A stretch of 64,000 nucleotides of DNA from Eubacteriales bacterium. Lineage in GTDB: Bacteria > Bacillota > Clostridia > Lachnospirales > WRAX01. Under the pieces are notes generated by a model. That model searched no databases, was not told where the DNA came from, and was given only the letters and a program-made list of their open reading frames with translations. The stretch spans positions 34,405-98,404 of the forward strand of contig JAVBOO010000005.1 of the NCBI GenBank assembly GCA_031550435.1. Reading direction: 5' to 3'. A program made the translations under genes and the position numbers. Every line of letters begins with the position of its first letter. Position 1 is the stretch's first letter. Shown here in pieces: positions 1 to 8,359 of the stretch.

Positions 1-321
1 CGCGTCGAGAAAGATATGAACAACTATATAAACAGAAAGATAAATTTTTCAAACGCCAACGACGACAAAACTATTGCCGCTGCTGTTACCCAAACAAGCG
101 ACATCGTGCTGTTAAAGGAAAGGGATATATTAAAAACCTTGCCGGCTCAGCTTCAGGCAATCGCGGAAATCAGGCTCGAGAACCCTCAGCTGTCTTTGAA
201 AGAACTAGGAGAAATGCTCAATCCTCCGCTTTCAAAGTCGGGAGTTAACCATAGACTCAGAAAAATAACGGCTATAGCCGAAAAAATAAAAAATGCTATT
301 AATACCACGGTTAAATCATAA
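1..321 (+). CDS. whiA: WhiA sporulation/cell-division regulator, C-terminal fragment (5' end lies outside the window)
   Basis: The frame is open from base 1. The C-terminal HTH segment LKELGEMLNPPLSKSGVNHRLRKI is typical of WhiA. A crh-like gene follows, as in the B. subtilis yvcL(whiA)-crh arrangement. Confidence 0.85.
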   Translation, partial: RVEKDMNNYINRKINFSNANDDKTIAAAVTQTSDIVLLKERDILKTLPAQLQAIAEIRLENPQLSLKELGEMLNPPLSKSGVNHRLRKITAIAEKIKNAINTTVKS

Positions 322-447
322 ACGATTTGATCACCCCCCTTCACCTGACTAAGAAGGGGTCGAGAGGGTTAGCCGCCAAAAAAGTTGTCGATTTAGTTGG
401 CGATGTAATACCCTATAATTTTTTTCAACATGATGGAGGGCAAACAG

Positions 448-690
448 ATGACAGAGAGAACAGTAAAAGTAACAACCAGCCTTGAAACCAGACCTGCCGC
501 ATTATTTGTTCAAGCGGCAAGCAAATTCCGCAGCAGTATTTATGTTGAAGTCGATAACAAGCGCGTTAACGGCAAAAGTATAATGGGTATGATCTCAATG
601 GGCATACTTGACGGCCAAAGCGTTAAGATTATCGCGGACGGAGCAGACGAGAACGAAGCGCTTAACGAACTCGAAAGCTTTTTCAGGTAG
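448..690 (+). CDS. crh: HPr-family phosphocarrier-like protein of the Crh type (Ser46 motif present, His15 replaced)
   Basis: MTERTVKV..SLETRPAALFVQAASKF..NGKSIMGM aligns by eye to HPr/Crh. A GGAGGG RBS precedes the ATG at 448; the ORF track starts at 430. Confidence 0.75.
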   Translation: MTERTVKVTTSLETRPAALFVQAASKFRSSIYVEVDNKRVNGKSIMGMISMGILDGQSVKIIADGADENEALNELESFFR

Positions 691-730
691 CAAGCTGGAT
701 TTATAAACGAGTTTAAACCGGCAAGCGATA

Positions 731-809
731 ATATTACCGCGGTTACTTGGACCGAGCAGACGTGCTTAGATACGCCGCAGCGCTTAGGTGCGGCGCATCT
801 GCGTCTTAG
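731..809 (+). repeat. Intergenic repeat family A, copy 1, with an internal hairpin at 768-800
   Basis: atattaccgc/ggttacttgg..cagacg.gcttagatacgccgcag.gcttaggt.cggcgcatctgcg recurs almost identically at 43999-44108 on the same strand. Confidence 0.6.
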
Positions 810-893
810 TGAGGGAAAAACAAAGCAAACTGTAACTATAAGCAGCTTTGCTGACTGAACTGCAACGATACTACAACACGAGGTTATTGACAT

Positions 894-1631
894 ATGGAAT
901 TACAACAGTTACTTAGTTATGTAAGAAAAGCGTGCGACGAGTATAACATGATAAACGAAGGCGACAAAATAGCGGTCGGCGTTTCCGGAGGAAAAGACAG
1001 CCTCTCTCTCCTTGTCGCGCTTAAACATCTTCAAAGATTCTATCCGAAGAAGTTCGAACTGTGCGCAATTACCGTTTCACTCGGGCTTCCGGGAAGCGAT
1101 TACGGCTCTGTGGAAGAACTGTGCCGCAGCTTGGGTGTGGACTATCATATTGTAAAAACCGATATCGGCAAGATTATCTTTGAAGAAAGAAAAGAAAAGA
1201 ACCCCTGCTCTCTTTGCGCAAAAATGCGCAAGGGCGCACTTAACACAGAAGCAGAGAGGCTGGGCTGCACTAGTGTAGCTCTCGGTCACAACAAAGAGGA
1301 CGTTTGCGAAACGTTTTTTATGTCTCTGTTTTACGAAGGCAGGGTCAACACTTTTGCGCCGGTCACATATCTGGACAGGATGAAACTGCATTCGATTCGC
1401 CCTTTAATATATACTCACGAACGAGATATTATTTCATTTATAAAGAAACAGGGCATAAACATTGTCAAAAGCCCCTGCCCTGTCGACGGCTTGACTAAAC
1501 GTAGGGAAACAAAGGACTTTATGAAATCCCAGGCTCTTGTTTACGACGATTTTTGCAATAAGATTTTCGGCGCGATACAAAGAAGCGCAATCCAAGGTTG
1601 GAGCAACCATAATGGCAGAAGATTACCATGA
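894..1631 (+). CDS. ttcA: PP-loop ATPase, TtcA-family tRNA 2-thiocytidine biosynthesis-like protein
   Basis: SGGKDS PP-loop motif, CSLCAKMRKG and GHNKED motifs, 245 aa. Confidence 0.75.
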   Translation: MELQQLLSYVRKACDEYNMINEGDKIAVGVSGGKDSLSLLVALKHLQRFYPKKFELCAITVSLGLPGSDYGSVEELCRSLGVDYHIVKTDIGKIIFEERKEKNPCSLCAKMRKGALNTEAERLGCTSVALGHNKEDVCETFFMSLFYEGRVNTFAPVTYLDRMKLHSIRPLIYTHERDIISFIKKQGINIVKSPCPVDGLTKRRETKDFMKSQALVYDDFCNKIFGAIQRSAIQGWSNHNGRRLP

Positions 1632-2670
1632 GGAAATGAAAATAAAAAACACGCTGATGCTGAGGGAGCGCTTGAAAGAACTGCCCCCTTTTATCGCTGA
1701 GTTTTTCAGGGGCATTTCCGAAACAACGCTTGCAAGAACTCGGATTAACTACGCCTACGATTATAAGGTGTTTTTTGACTTTTTGCTCAGTGAAGGCAAT
1801 ATCTACGAAGGAAAACAAATGCGCAGTCTGACGCTTAGCGATCTTGCGCTTGTAAGCGCAGATGATCTCGAGGCTTTTACCGAATACCTGTCGTATTATA
1901 TAAAAGATGAAGACGGGAAAGAGGTCGAACGTCACAACGAAGAAAAAGGCAAGGCTCGAAAATTGTCGGCGGTAAGGTCTCTATTTTCATATTTCTACAA
2001 AAAGCGCAAAATTCCGGCAAACCCGGCCGAACTTGTCGATCTGCCGAAAATTCACGAAAAAGTTATAGTCAAGCTCGAAGTTGACGAAATTGCGAAGCTT
2101 TTGGACACGGTTGAAAGCGGAGAGCATCTGACCGAACATATGAAAAAAATACATAGGCTGACTCAAGCGCGTGACCTGGCAATAATAACACTTTTGCTTG
2201 GTACCGGAATGCGTGTGTCGGAATGCGTCGGTATCAACTTGGAGCATATAGACTTTGAGCAGAGCGCAATAAAAATAACGCGAAAAGGCGGCGACGAGTC
2301 GCTGATTTACTTCGGAAGCGAAGTCGAAGAGGCGCTGAACAAATACCTTGACATTCGCGAGGATACTGTACCGCTCGAAGGTCACGAAAGCGCGCTTTTC
2401 ATATCTTTGCAGCGAAAACGCCTGACAGTCAGGGCAATACAAATACTTGTGAAAAAATACTCGTCGCTTATAACCGGACTGAAAAAAATCTCGCCGCATA
2501 AGCTAAGAAGCACATACGGCACAAACCTCTACAGGGAAACCGGTGATATTTATCTCGTCGCCGAAGTTCTGGGACACAAAGACGTTAACACGACAAAAAA
2601 GCATTACGCCGATCTGGGAGAAGACAGAAAGCGCATGGCGGCAAATGTGGTTAAGCTTAGAAAGGACTAG
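1612..2670 (+). CDS. Tyrosine site-specific recombinase, XerC/XerD family
   Basis: The C-terminal catalytic region has ..GMRVSEC.., HKLRSTYGT and LGHKDVNTTKKHY (R..HxxR..Y pattern). The ATG at 1612 follows a GGAG-like RBS and overlaps the ttcA end. Confidence 0.8.
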   Translation: MAEDYHEEMKIKNTLMLRERLKELPPFIAEFFRGISETTLARTRINYAYDYKVFFDFLLSEGNIYEGKQMRSLTLSDLALVSADDLEAFTEYLSYYIKDEDGKEVERHNEEKGKARKLSAVRSLFSYFYKKRKIPANPAELVDLPKIHEKVIVKLEVDEIAKLLDTVESGEHLTEHMKKIHRLTQARDLAIITLLLGTGMRVSECVGINLEHIDFEQSAIKITRKGGDESLIYFGSEVEEALNKYLDIREDTVPLEGHESALFISLQRKRLTVRAIQILVKKYSSLITGLKKISPHKLRSTYGTNLYRETGDIYLVAEVLGHKDVNTTKKHYADLGEDRKRMAANVVKLRKD

Positions 2671-2834
2671 ACGGTCGCCGACTCGCCCGGCTCCGCAACA
2701 CCGGGTTTCGTTTTTGAACGGGTGTGCTGCTTTGAATGATAAAAGACACACGCTATCTAGCTGCGTCTTTCTCTTAATGCGAACATGATTTGATTTTCTA
2801 CACACCATTTCCCCGGGAAATACTGCGTCGTACT

Positions 2835-5246
2835 TTAATACAATCTTGCGACAAGCACGGTTATATCGTCTAAAATCAGATTGTCGGATTTTTGTTTCGC
2901 TTCTGTAATAAGATAATTCGCTATATCTTTCGGCGAACCATCCCCGGCCTTTCTTATCAGGTCTGCCAGCCAGCTTTCTCCCTCGGCTGATGATATATCC
3001 AAATCTGTCAGCCCGTCTGTCGCCATAACTATTACATCTCCGCTCCTGAGCGTCTTTTTTATCGGCTCAATTTCAATATCCGACAGCACACCCACGGGAA
3101 GCGTATAGGATTTTATCATTGAAAGCTCGCCATCTCGCAGGATAAAAGACGGCGCGGCTCCGATTTTAATAAATTTCGCCTCTCTTCTGTACAAATCTAT
3201 CTTGCAAAGGTCAAGAGTCGAGAACAAATCTTCCGTTGACTTCATAAGCAAAACAGAATTAATCAGCTTTATTGATTTTTCCTCATCAAAGCCTGCTTCG
3301 GAAAAGCTTTCCAACAAAGTAACCGTTGTTTCGCTTTCCTTTCTTGCGGCTTTACCTGAACCCATACCGTCGGAAAGAGCTATCAAGCAGCCGTCTTCTG
3401 TTTCGGTATATGTGAAGCTGTCGCCGCTTTCTCTCTCGGAATCTTTTGTAATGGCGGCTACGCCGTAAACTACCTTCAGCTCCTGCTCCTCCGTGAGTTT
3501 TACTGCGCATACCGAGTTTCCGCCGTGCCTCCTCGGCGTACATTCTTTAACATCGTATTTCATATGCCTGTCAAGAACTCTGCTTGCTATCAGCGCTATT
3601 TTTTTGTGGCAGCTATGACCTTCCCTGCAAGGCTTATGAGTCAGATTTACTTCGTATTTTCCTTCCCCGTCGAGTGAAATGCCGAGACTGTGGACTTCAA
3701 TTCTGTGCGATAGCAATTCGTTCAGGAATATCTTTTCGGCTTCTTCGTCAAAAGACGCTCGTATGTCTAAATCCTTCGAAAGCTTTGTAAGCATACCCGA
3801 TACACTCATTAGCTGCCGGGAAACCAGTTCCCTGTTTTCCTCAGCCCTTACGCTCACCATTCTCATGGACTTGTATAACAGATAATTATCCGCTACGCTT
3901 GCGCATACTTCCTTTAACGCGATACAGTTTTCGCGCATGCTTAGCCCTATGTCCTCTGCGCTCAGTCTTCCTGTTTTTTCACAGGCCGCTATCATGCCTA
4001 AAAAAGCGCGATATGTATTGTAGTAATTATCCTCCCAACAAACATCTCTGTTTCCGCATGTCTCGCAGCTGTCGGCAATTATGTCCTTTACAAGCTTGTC
4101 CGCTTCCTTTTGGCCCGCATCCTGCTTTTCCGTAAGCAGTGATATGTTTTTTGCGAGTTTTTCAAAGGCCTTTGACACCGAATCCAGCTTATAAATAACG
4201 ATTTCCTTAACTTTTTCGCTGTAATCGGCAGCGCTTGCCACAGTGGGTCTCAAAGTCTCGCCCAATATGTCGAAAACCTTTGTAGGTATCAGCATAAACA
4301 GCGTTCCGGCAAACAGCACGGACAGCAAATATCCTATATCGGCAAGCCTTCCGCTGAGAAAAAATCCTGTGAGCACGCTTGTTACTATAAAGGCTATAGC
4401 AGAAAAAAATCTGCGCAAATCGTGAAGAGTTCCCGCAAAAAATCCCGATACCGACATTGCGACAACATATTCGAGACTTTCATACCCGGCCATATAAAGC
4501 ATTACTCCCAGCACCAAGCCCGCCGTAGCCCCGACAGTCGCGCCGCCCTTGTAAGCAAACATGATTATTGCAAACGCCGAAAAGCAATACCTCAGTGCAA
4601 ACTCACCGATGTATATATCCGCCATACCCGTCACAAAGCCGCAGGCTAGTAAAACAACGCTTATAAGCTCCTCGCCCGAAAATCTTCGCGCTACAGTATG
4701 CATATGCGTTAAAGCAAAGCCCTTAGACATTATCAGGCACAGACTGAACGACAAAACGCTTTCCAAAACCGACATAAGTGAAAGGTATACATAGCTTCCG
4801 TTTATGAAGGCAACGGCAAGTCCTGAAACAGCGACCGTCACAGAACATATAATTGCCCTGCTCAAGTCAGTCAGAGCGAGTTTAAATTCCTTTATAAAAA
4901 AATGAACGACACCCAATAATACAACGCATATCAAATACTTAGACATGCCGGCAAAGCTCAGTTTTGTGAGTATACCAACGACTGCAAAAAAAGCGGCTAT
5001 GTATAATTTATTGCCTCTGCCGATAAAAAGCGAAATGTATGCCGCTGTCAGCGGGCTTACGTCTCCGAAAACTATAACCCTGCCGATAAAAAAAGCGGCA
5101 AATGACAGTAAAAAATCCGTTATTTCAAATCTCGTCAGGATTGTCTTCTTTTTATTATTAGCGGCTGTTTTCCCGCTCTTTTTCGTTAGTACCTTCTCCA
5201 ATAAAATCACTCCGATGAATAAGTAGGTATGCGCCGAAAACGGCAA
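2835..5246 (-). CDS. spoIIE: Stage II sporulation protein E (polytopic membrane domain plus PP2C phosphatase)
   Basis: About 10 N-terminal TM segments and a C-terminal PP2C domain (ALSDGMGSGKAARKES...VMATDGLTD). The maximal ORF starts with TTG at 5246. The in-frame TTG at 5201 is the more likely start (GGAGTG RBS, product beginning (M)EKVLTKK). Confidence 0.9.
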   Translation of the reverse strand: MPFSAHTYLFIGVILLEKVLTKKSGKTAANNKKKTILTRFEITDFLLSFAAFFIGRVIVFGDVSPLTAAYISLFIGRGNKLYIAAFFAVVGILTKLSFAGMSKYLICVVLLGVVHFFIKEFKLALTDLSRAIICSVTVAVSGLAVAFINGSYVYLSLMSVLESVLSFSLCLIMSKGFALTHMHTVARRFSGEELISVVLLACGFVTGMADIYIGEFALRYCFSAFAIIMFAYKGGATVGATAGLVLGVMLYMAGYESLEYVVAMSVSGFFAGTLHDLRRFFSAIAFIVTSVLTGFFLSGRLADIGYLLSVLFAGTLFMLIPTKVFDILGETLRPTVASAADYSEKVKEIVIYKLDSVSKAFEKLAKNISLLTEKQDAGQKEADKLVKDIIADSCETCGNRDVCWEDNYYNTYRAFLGMIAACEKTGRLSAEDIGLSMRENCIALKEVCASVADNYLLYKSMRMVSVRAEENRELVSRQLMSVSGMLTKLSKDLDIRASFDEEAEKIFLNELLSHRIEVHSLGISLDGEGKYEVNLTHKPCREGHSCHKKIALIASRVLDRHMKYDVKECTPRRHGGNSVCAVKLTEEQELKVVYGVAAITKDSERESGDSFTYTETEDGCLIALSDGMGSGKAARKESETTVTLLESFSEAGFDEEKSIKLINSVLLMKSTEDLFSTLDLCKIDLYRREAKFIKIGAAPSFILRDGELSMIKSYTLPVGVLSDIEIEPIKKTLRSGDVIVMATDGLTDLDISSAEGESWLADLIRKAGDGSPKDIANYLITEAKQKSDNLILDDITVLVARLY

Positions 5247-5346
5247 TAATACAATTTAAAAAGGTTTGTCTCTATAACCGCGAAAGTAATATTTGCGATA
5301 CCCGTTTACTGTGCTGTTACGGTCTCCCAAAATCAACGTCTACCTA

Positions 5347-5379
5347 ATTATAAAAAAGCCCCGGTTGTTTTTGTGTCAA
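5347..5379 (-). promoter_or_regulatory. Candidate spoIIE promoter: TTGACA-N21-TATAAT, with 0A-box-like sites just upstream
   Basis: On the minus strand TTGACA is at 5379-5374 and TATAAT at 5352-5347, with a 21-nt spacer. TGTCGCA and TGTCAAA (6/7 matches to the TGTCGAA 0A box) lie at about 5400-5425. Confidence 0.4.
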
Positions 5380-5501
5380 ACCGTGGATTTCGAGGTTTTT
5401 TTTTGCGACAGGGTTTGACACTGCTTTGTAGAGCTGACTCGAAAAGTATCAACAGTTCTAATAATGTAGTTGAAACTCTTTAAATAAATGATTCTTCCCT
5501 G

Positions 5502-5530
5502 TTGACAAAATGAGCGGCTGCGCTTATAAT
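5502..5530 (+). promoter_or_regulatory. Sigma-A type promoter for gpx-ohrR: TTGACA-N17-TATAAT
   Basis: Perfect consensus hexamers at 5502-5507 and 5525-5530 with a 17-nt spacer, 46 nt upstream of the gpx ATG. Confidence 0.6.
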
Positions 5531-5546
5531 GATTTTAAGCAATTGA

Positions 5547-5558
5547 ATTTTGCAAAAT
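5547..5558. promoter_or_regulatory. Perfect 12-bp palindrome ATTTTGCAAAAT; candidate OhrR/MarR operator
   Basis: It lies between the -10 element and the RBS of gpx and is flanked by the smaller palindromes CAATTG and AATGCATT. Confidence 0.35.
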
Positions 5559-5575
5559 GCATTTTGGAGGAAACT

Positions 5576-6118
5576 ATGTCTATTTATGATTTTGAGTACA
5601 CATCAATCGAAAATAACAAAGTAAAGCTGTCGGATTACGCCGGCAAGGTTTTGCTTATCGTCAATACTGCAAGTAAATGCGGCTTCACCCCGCAATACCA
5701 AGGCCTTGAAGAACTTTACAAAAATTATAAAGACAGAGGACTTACCGTTATCGGCTTTCCCTGCAACCAATTTATGGAGCAGGAACCGTCAGGCGAAGCG
5801 GAGATATCTGAGTTTTGTCAGCTCAACTACGGTGTAACTTTTCCTTTGTCGGCTAAAGTCGAAGTACGCGAAGAAAATGCCATTCCGCTTTTCAAGTATC
5901 TGTGCGAGGAAAAAGGATTCTTGGGTTTCGGAAACGGGGACAAATCCAAAATGATGGAAGATCTGCTTAGAGGAATATATAAGGAAAGCTATTCCGACAA
6001 TCAGATAAAATGGAATTTCACAAAGTTCCTTATCGATCGTCAGGGAAAAGTTATTGCTCGCTTTGAACCGACCACGGAACCGAAGGATATCGCCGCTCAT
6101 ATCGAAAAGCTTCTGTAA
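5576..6118 (+). CDS. gpx: Glutathione peroxidase family protein (Cys type, not Sec)
   Basis: LIVNTASKCGFTPQY and FPCNQF motifs. GGAGG RBS before the ATG at 5576. The active-site codon is TGC. Confidence 0.9.
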   Translation: MSIYDFEYTSIENNKVKLSDYAGKVLLIVNTASKCGFTPQYQGLEELYKNYKDRGLTVIGFPCNQFMEQEPSGEAEISEFCQLNYGVTFPLSAKVEVREENAIPLFKYLCEEKGFLGFGNGDKSKMMEDLLRGIYKESYSDNQIKWNFTKFLIDRQGKVIARFEPTTEPKDIAAHIEKLL

Positions 6119-6127
6119 GGCAAACAT

Positions 6128-6568
6128 ATGAATGATGACATGCTAAAGCTCGAAAACCAACTCTGTTTCCCGCTCTATGCGGCAGCAAAAGAGATAATTA
6201 ACAAATATAAGCCTTTTCTTGATGAAATCGGCCTAACCTATACTCAATACATTGCAATGATGATACTATGGGATAAAAAAACAGTTGGCGTCAAAGAGCT
6301 CGGCGAGCATCTCTATCTGGACTCCGGAACTCTGACTCCTCTTTTGAAGCGACTCGAAAACAAAGGTATTGTGAGACGCGAGCGCTCGGATAGCGATGAA
6401 CGCTCGGTAAAGATTACGATTACCGATGTCGGCATGAAGATAAAAGAAAAAGCGCTCGATATTCCGAAGAAGATGAGCGCTTGCATACAACTATCGCAAG
6501 AAGAAATCGGAACGCTTTACACGCTTCTGTACAAAACACTCGGGCAACAGCGTGAACGCACCGTATAA
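6128..6568 (+). CDS. ohrR: MarR-family organic hydroperoxide resistance regulator (OhrR-like)
   Basis: N-terminal LENQLCFPLY with the conserved sensing Cys, plus a winged-helix region DSGTLTPLLKRLENKGIVRRER. Confidence 0.8.
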   Translation: MNDDMLKLENQLCFPLYAAAKEIINKYKPFLDEIGLTYTQYIAMMILWDKKTVGVKELGEHLYLDSGTLTPLLKRLENKGIVRRERSDSDERSVKITITDVGMKIKEKALDIPKKMSACIQLSQEEIGTLYTLLYKTLGQQRERTV

Positions 6569-6739
6569 TCAATGACTTATACTGCCCGCCTGCTATTACG
6601 CCGATTGACCGGTGATGAAACCGTCTGCTTTTGTGCGACAGTCCCCCTGTCAAAAGTTTAACACCGCTTATGCCCGTAAGAAATATAAGCGACGATTAAA
6701 CCGCACAGTTCGGAGGCCGATACTCACCGTTTAATTGAA

Positions 6740-6787
6740 GGAACAGATTTTTTTGCCGCCTTACGGCACAATTAAAAAATCTGTTCC
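6740..6787. terminator. Bidirectional hairpin terminator between the convergent ohrR and DUF2975 genes
   Basis: ggaacagattttttt..gccgccttacggc..aaaaaatctgttcc: GC core hairpin flanked by complementary T and A runs. Confidence 0.55.
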
Positions 6788-7263
6788 TTTTTATTACAGC
6801 GATCTGTTACTTCGGCAATCAGACCTTTGAGCAAAGAGGAAAAAGCCGCAATCCCCAGAGGTATCGCATCGAGAGATAGGCCGATCAAAATCAACCCCGG
6901 CGCATCTTCCGAATCCGCAACGACAAAAACAACCGGCATAGCACTAAACAAATACAATATACCGAATATGACGGAGCATTTGCAAATACAGCTCAGGGTT
7001 GACAGCGATTTTGAGGAATAAGCATCGTTGTTGGCACAAAGCTTAATAAATCCCATAAAACGGTACAGCGCGATGAAATACACTATCGCGGCCGCATAAA
7101 CCCCTACCGTGACAAAACACCGCAAAAAAGATAGCATGGGATACACATCGGTGATTATTTTTGGAAACCACGGCAGCACAAAAATACATAAGGCAAACCC
7201 CGCCAACCCGAAAAGCACTGTAACACAATACAGCAAAGCCGACAGCAAATTTCTATTTTTCAA
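6772..7263 (-). CDS. DUF2975-like polytopic membrane protein
   Basis: Four or more hydrophobic segments. Likely TTG start at 7263 with a GAGGTG RBS 7 nt upstream; the longer ORF to 7329 would overlap the upstream gene. Confidence 0.55.
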   Translation of the reverse strand: MKNRNLLSALLYCVTVLFGLAGFALCIFVLPWFPKIITDVYPMLSFLRCFVTVGVYAAAIVYFIALYRFMGFIKLCANNDAYSSKSLSTLSCICKCSVIFGILYLFSAMPVVFVVADSEDAPGLILIGLSLDAIPLGIAAFSSLLKGLIAEVTDRCNKKEQIF

Positions 7264-7282
7264 AATTAACACCTCACGCTCG

Positions 7283-7591
7283 TCAAAATGCCCTGTCCAG
7301 CTCTTGAACAGTAATATGAACACTGTCACCGGGCTGTTTGCCGATTTTGGCTCGGATGTCCTTCCGTATACCTATAATATAGCACACCGAGCCGTCAGGA
7401 TTTTTAGCGCCCATATTGACTATACTCCCGTCATAAGGTTCGCCGTCAAAAGTGACGTGAACTTTTACTCTCCCTTTTCCGAACTCGGCTCTTATATCAT
7501 AGGGAAACGCGACAAAAGCGCCGCCTTTGTTTTTTTCGTCCGACTCGGCAGACTGAACAGTTGCGTCATATTCGTAAATTTTTGTGTTCAT
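7283..7591 (-). CDS. DUF1905 (YdeI N-terminal-like) domain protein
   Basis: The pattern GGAFVAFPYDIRAEFGKGRVKVHVTFDGEPYDGSIV is typical of DUF1905. Confidence 0.7.
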   Translation of the reverse strand: MNTKIYEYDATVQSAESDEKNKGGAFVAFPYDIRAEFGKGRVKVHVTFDGEPYDGSIVNMGAKNPDGSVCYIIGIRKDIRAKIGKQPGDSVHITVQELDRAF

Positions 7592-7927
7592 AATGTCCTC
7601 CCTGCAACAATATTGCTATTACTTCGGCCAAGTAACCGCGTAAGTATTTTGTGCGGTATTTAGCTCACGCGGTAAGATTTCCTCGGCAGCACTGCTATGT
7701 TTTACATGTAAAACACAGCAGTTTCTGTCGGCATCGTTTAATACAGTTTTTAGCTTAAATGACTACAAATACTATAATCGTTTTATCTGCAAAAATAAAG
7801 TAATTTTCTTGTTTTATATCTTTAATTTACAATTCATGTTATAATTATTCCTGTCAAAATTGTTTGTGTGAAAGTGCTTTTCAGACAGTAGCGCTTTCAC
7901 GCGTTAAAATCAAGGGGTGTCACCGGA

Positions 7928-8359
7928 ATGGGAGAATCCGATAACGACAACATGCGTCCTCGACATTTGAGCTGTCTTATTGTTGAAGATAATTTTTTTG
8001 CGGCAGATGTATTGTCGATATATCTCAAAAGAAACGGAATCGAATGTGAAATTGCGGAAAACGGAGAAATCGGGCTGAATATGTATCTTGCGAACCCATT
8101 GCGCTACGATTTGATTCTTTGTGATTTGCAGATGCCCGTAATGGATGGATATGCTATGATGAGGCGAATCCGGAGCAGCGGGTTGGAAACCGCGGTTACG
8201 ATACCGATAGTGGCCATGTCAGGTACTTTTAGCGGAGATACGGTCGGGCAGAACCTTTTCAGCTATTTTCTGAAAAAACCTTTTGAGTTGAATTGTTTAC
8301 TTGGCATTATTGTTAAGGTCTTGAACTGTCAGACATATTTTAAACAGGAGCAATATTAA
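7928..8359 (+). CDS. Stand-alone response-regulator receiver (CheY-like) protein
   Basis: LIVEDN.., phospho-acceptor context LILCDLQMPVMDGY, ..VAMSG.., LKKPF. There is no output domain. Confidence 0.85.
   Translation: MGESDNDNMRPRHLSCLIVEDNFFAADVLSIYLKRNGIECEIAENGEIGLNMYLANPLRYDLILCDLQMPVMDGYAMMRRIRSSGLETAVTIPIVAMSGTFSGDTVGQNLFSYFLKKPFELNCLLGIIVKVLNCQTYFKQEQY

Noticed and set aside
540-893. 117-aa minus-strand ORF spanning the crh 3' end and repeat A copy 1
   Set aside because: It is antisense to a well-supported gene and has no RBS. The repeat is translated in a different frame in the analogous ORF at 44041-44283, so the conservation is at the nucleotide level, not the protein level.
1612-2670. 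Tyrosine recombinase as a marker of an integrated mobile element
   Set aside because: There are no flanking direct repeats, no tRNA or tmRNA target, and no phage or conjugation genes. The neighbours are conserved housekeeping and sporulation genes. It fits a chromosomal Xer-type recombinase better.
3202-5226. Multiple 60-93-aa plus-strand ORFs inside spoIIE
   Set aside because: All are antisense to a long, strongly supported CDS. Their products are low-complexity and they have no RBS. They are typical shadow ORFs. The same applies to antisense ORFs inside oppA-F, recD2, tkt, gcvP, glyA, proS and others.
5576-6118. Possible selenocysteine-type glutathione peroxidase
   Set aside because: The active-site residue is encoded by TGC (Cys) in ..ASKCGFT... 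There is no in-frame TGA and no SECIS-like hairpin.
7109-7663. 184-aa plus-strand ORF
   Set aside because: It overlaps both the DUF2975 and DUF1905 genes on the opposite strand, and its product has a basic, low-complexity composition.
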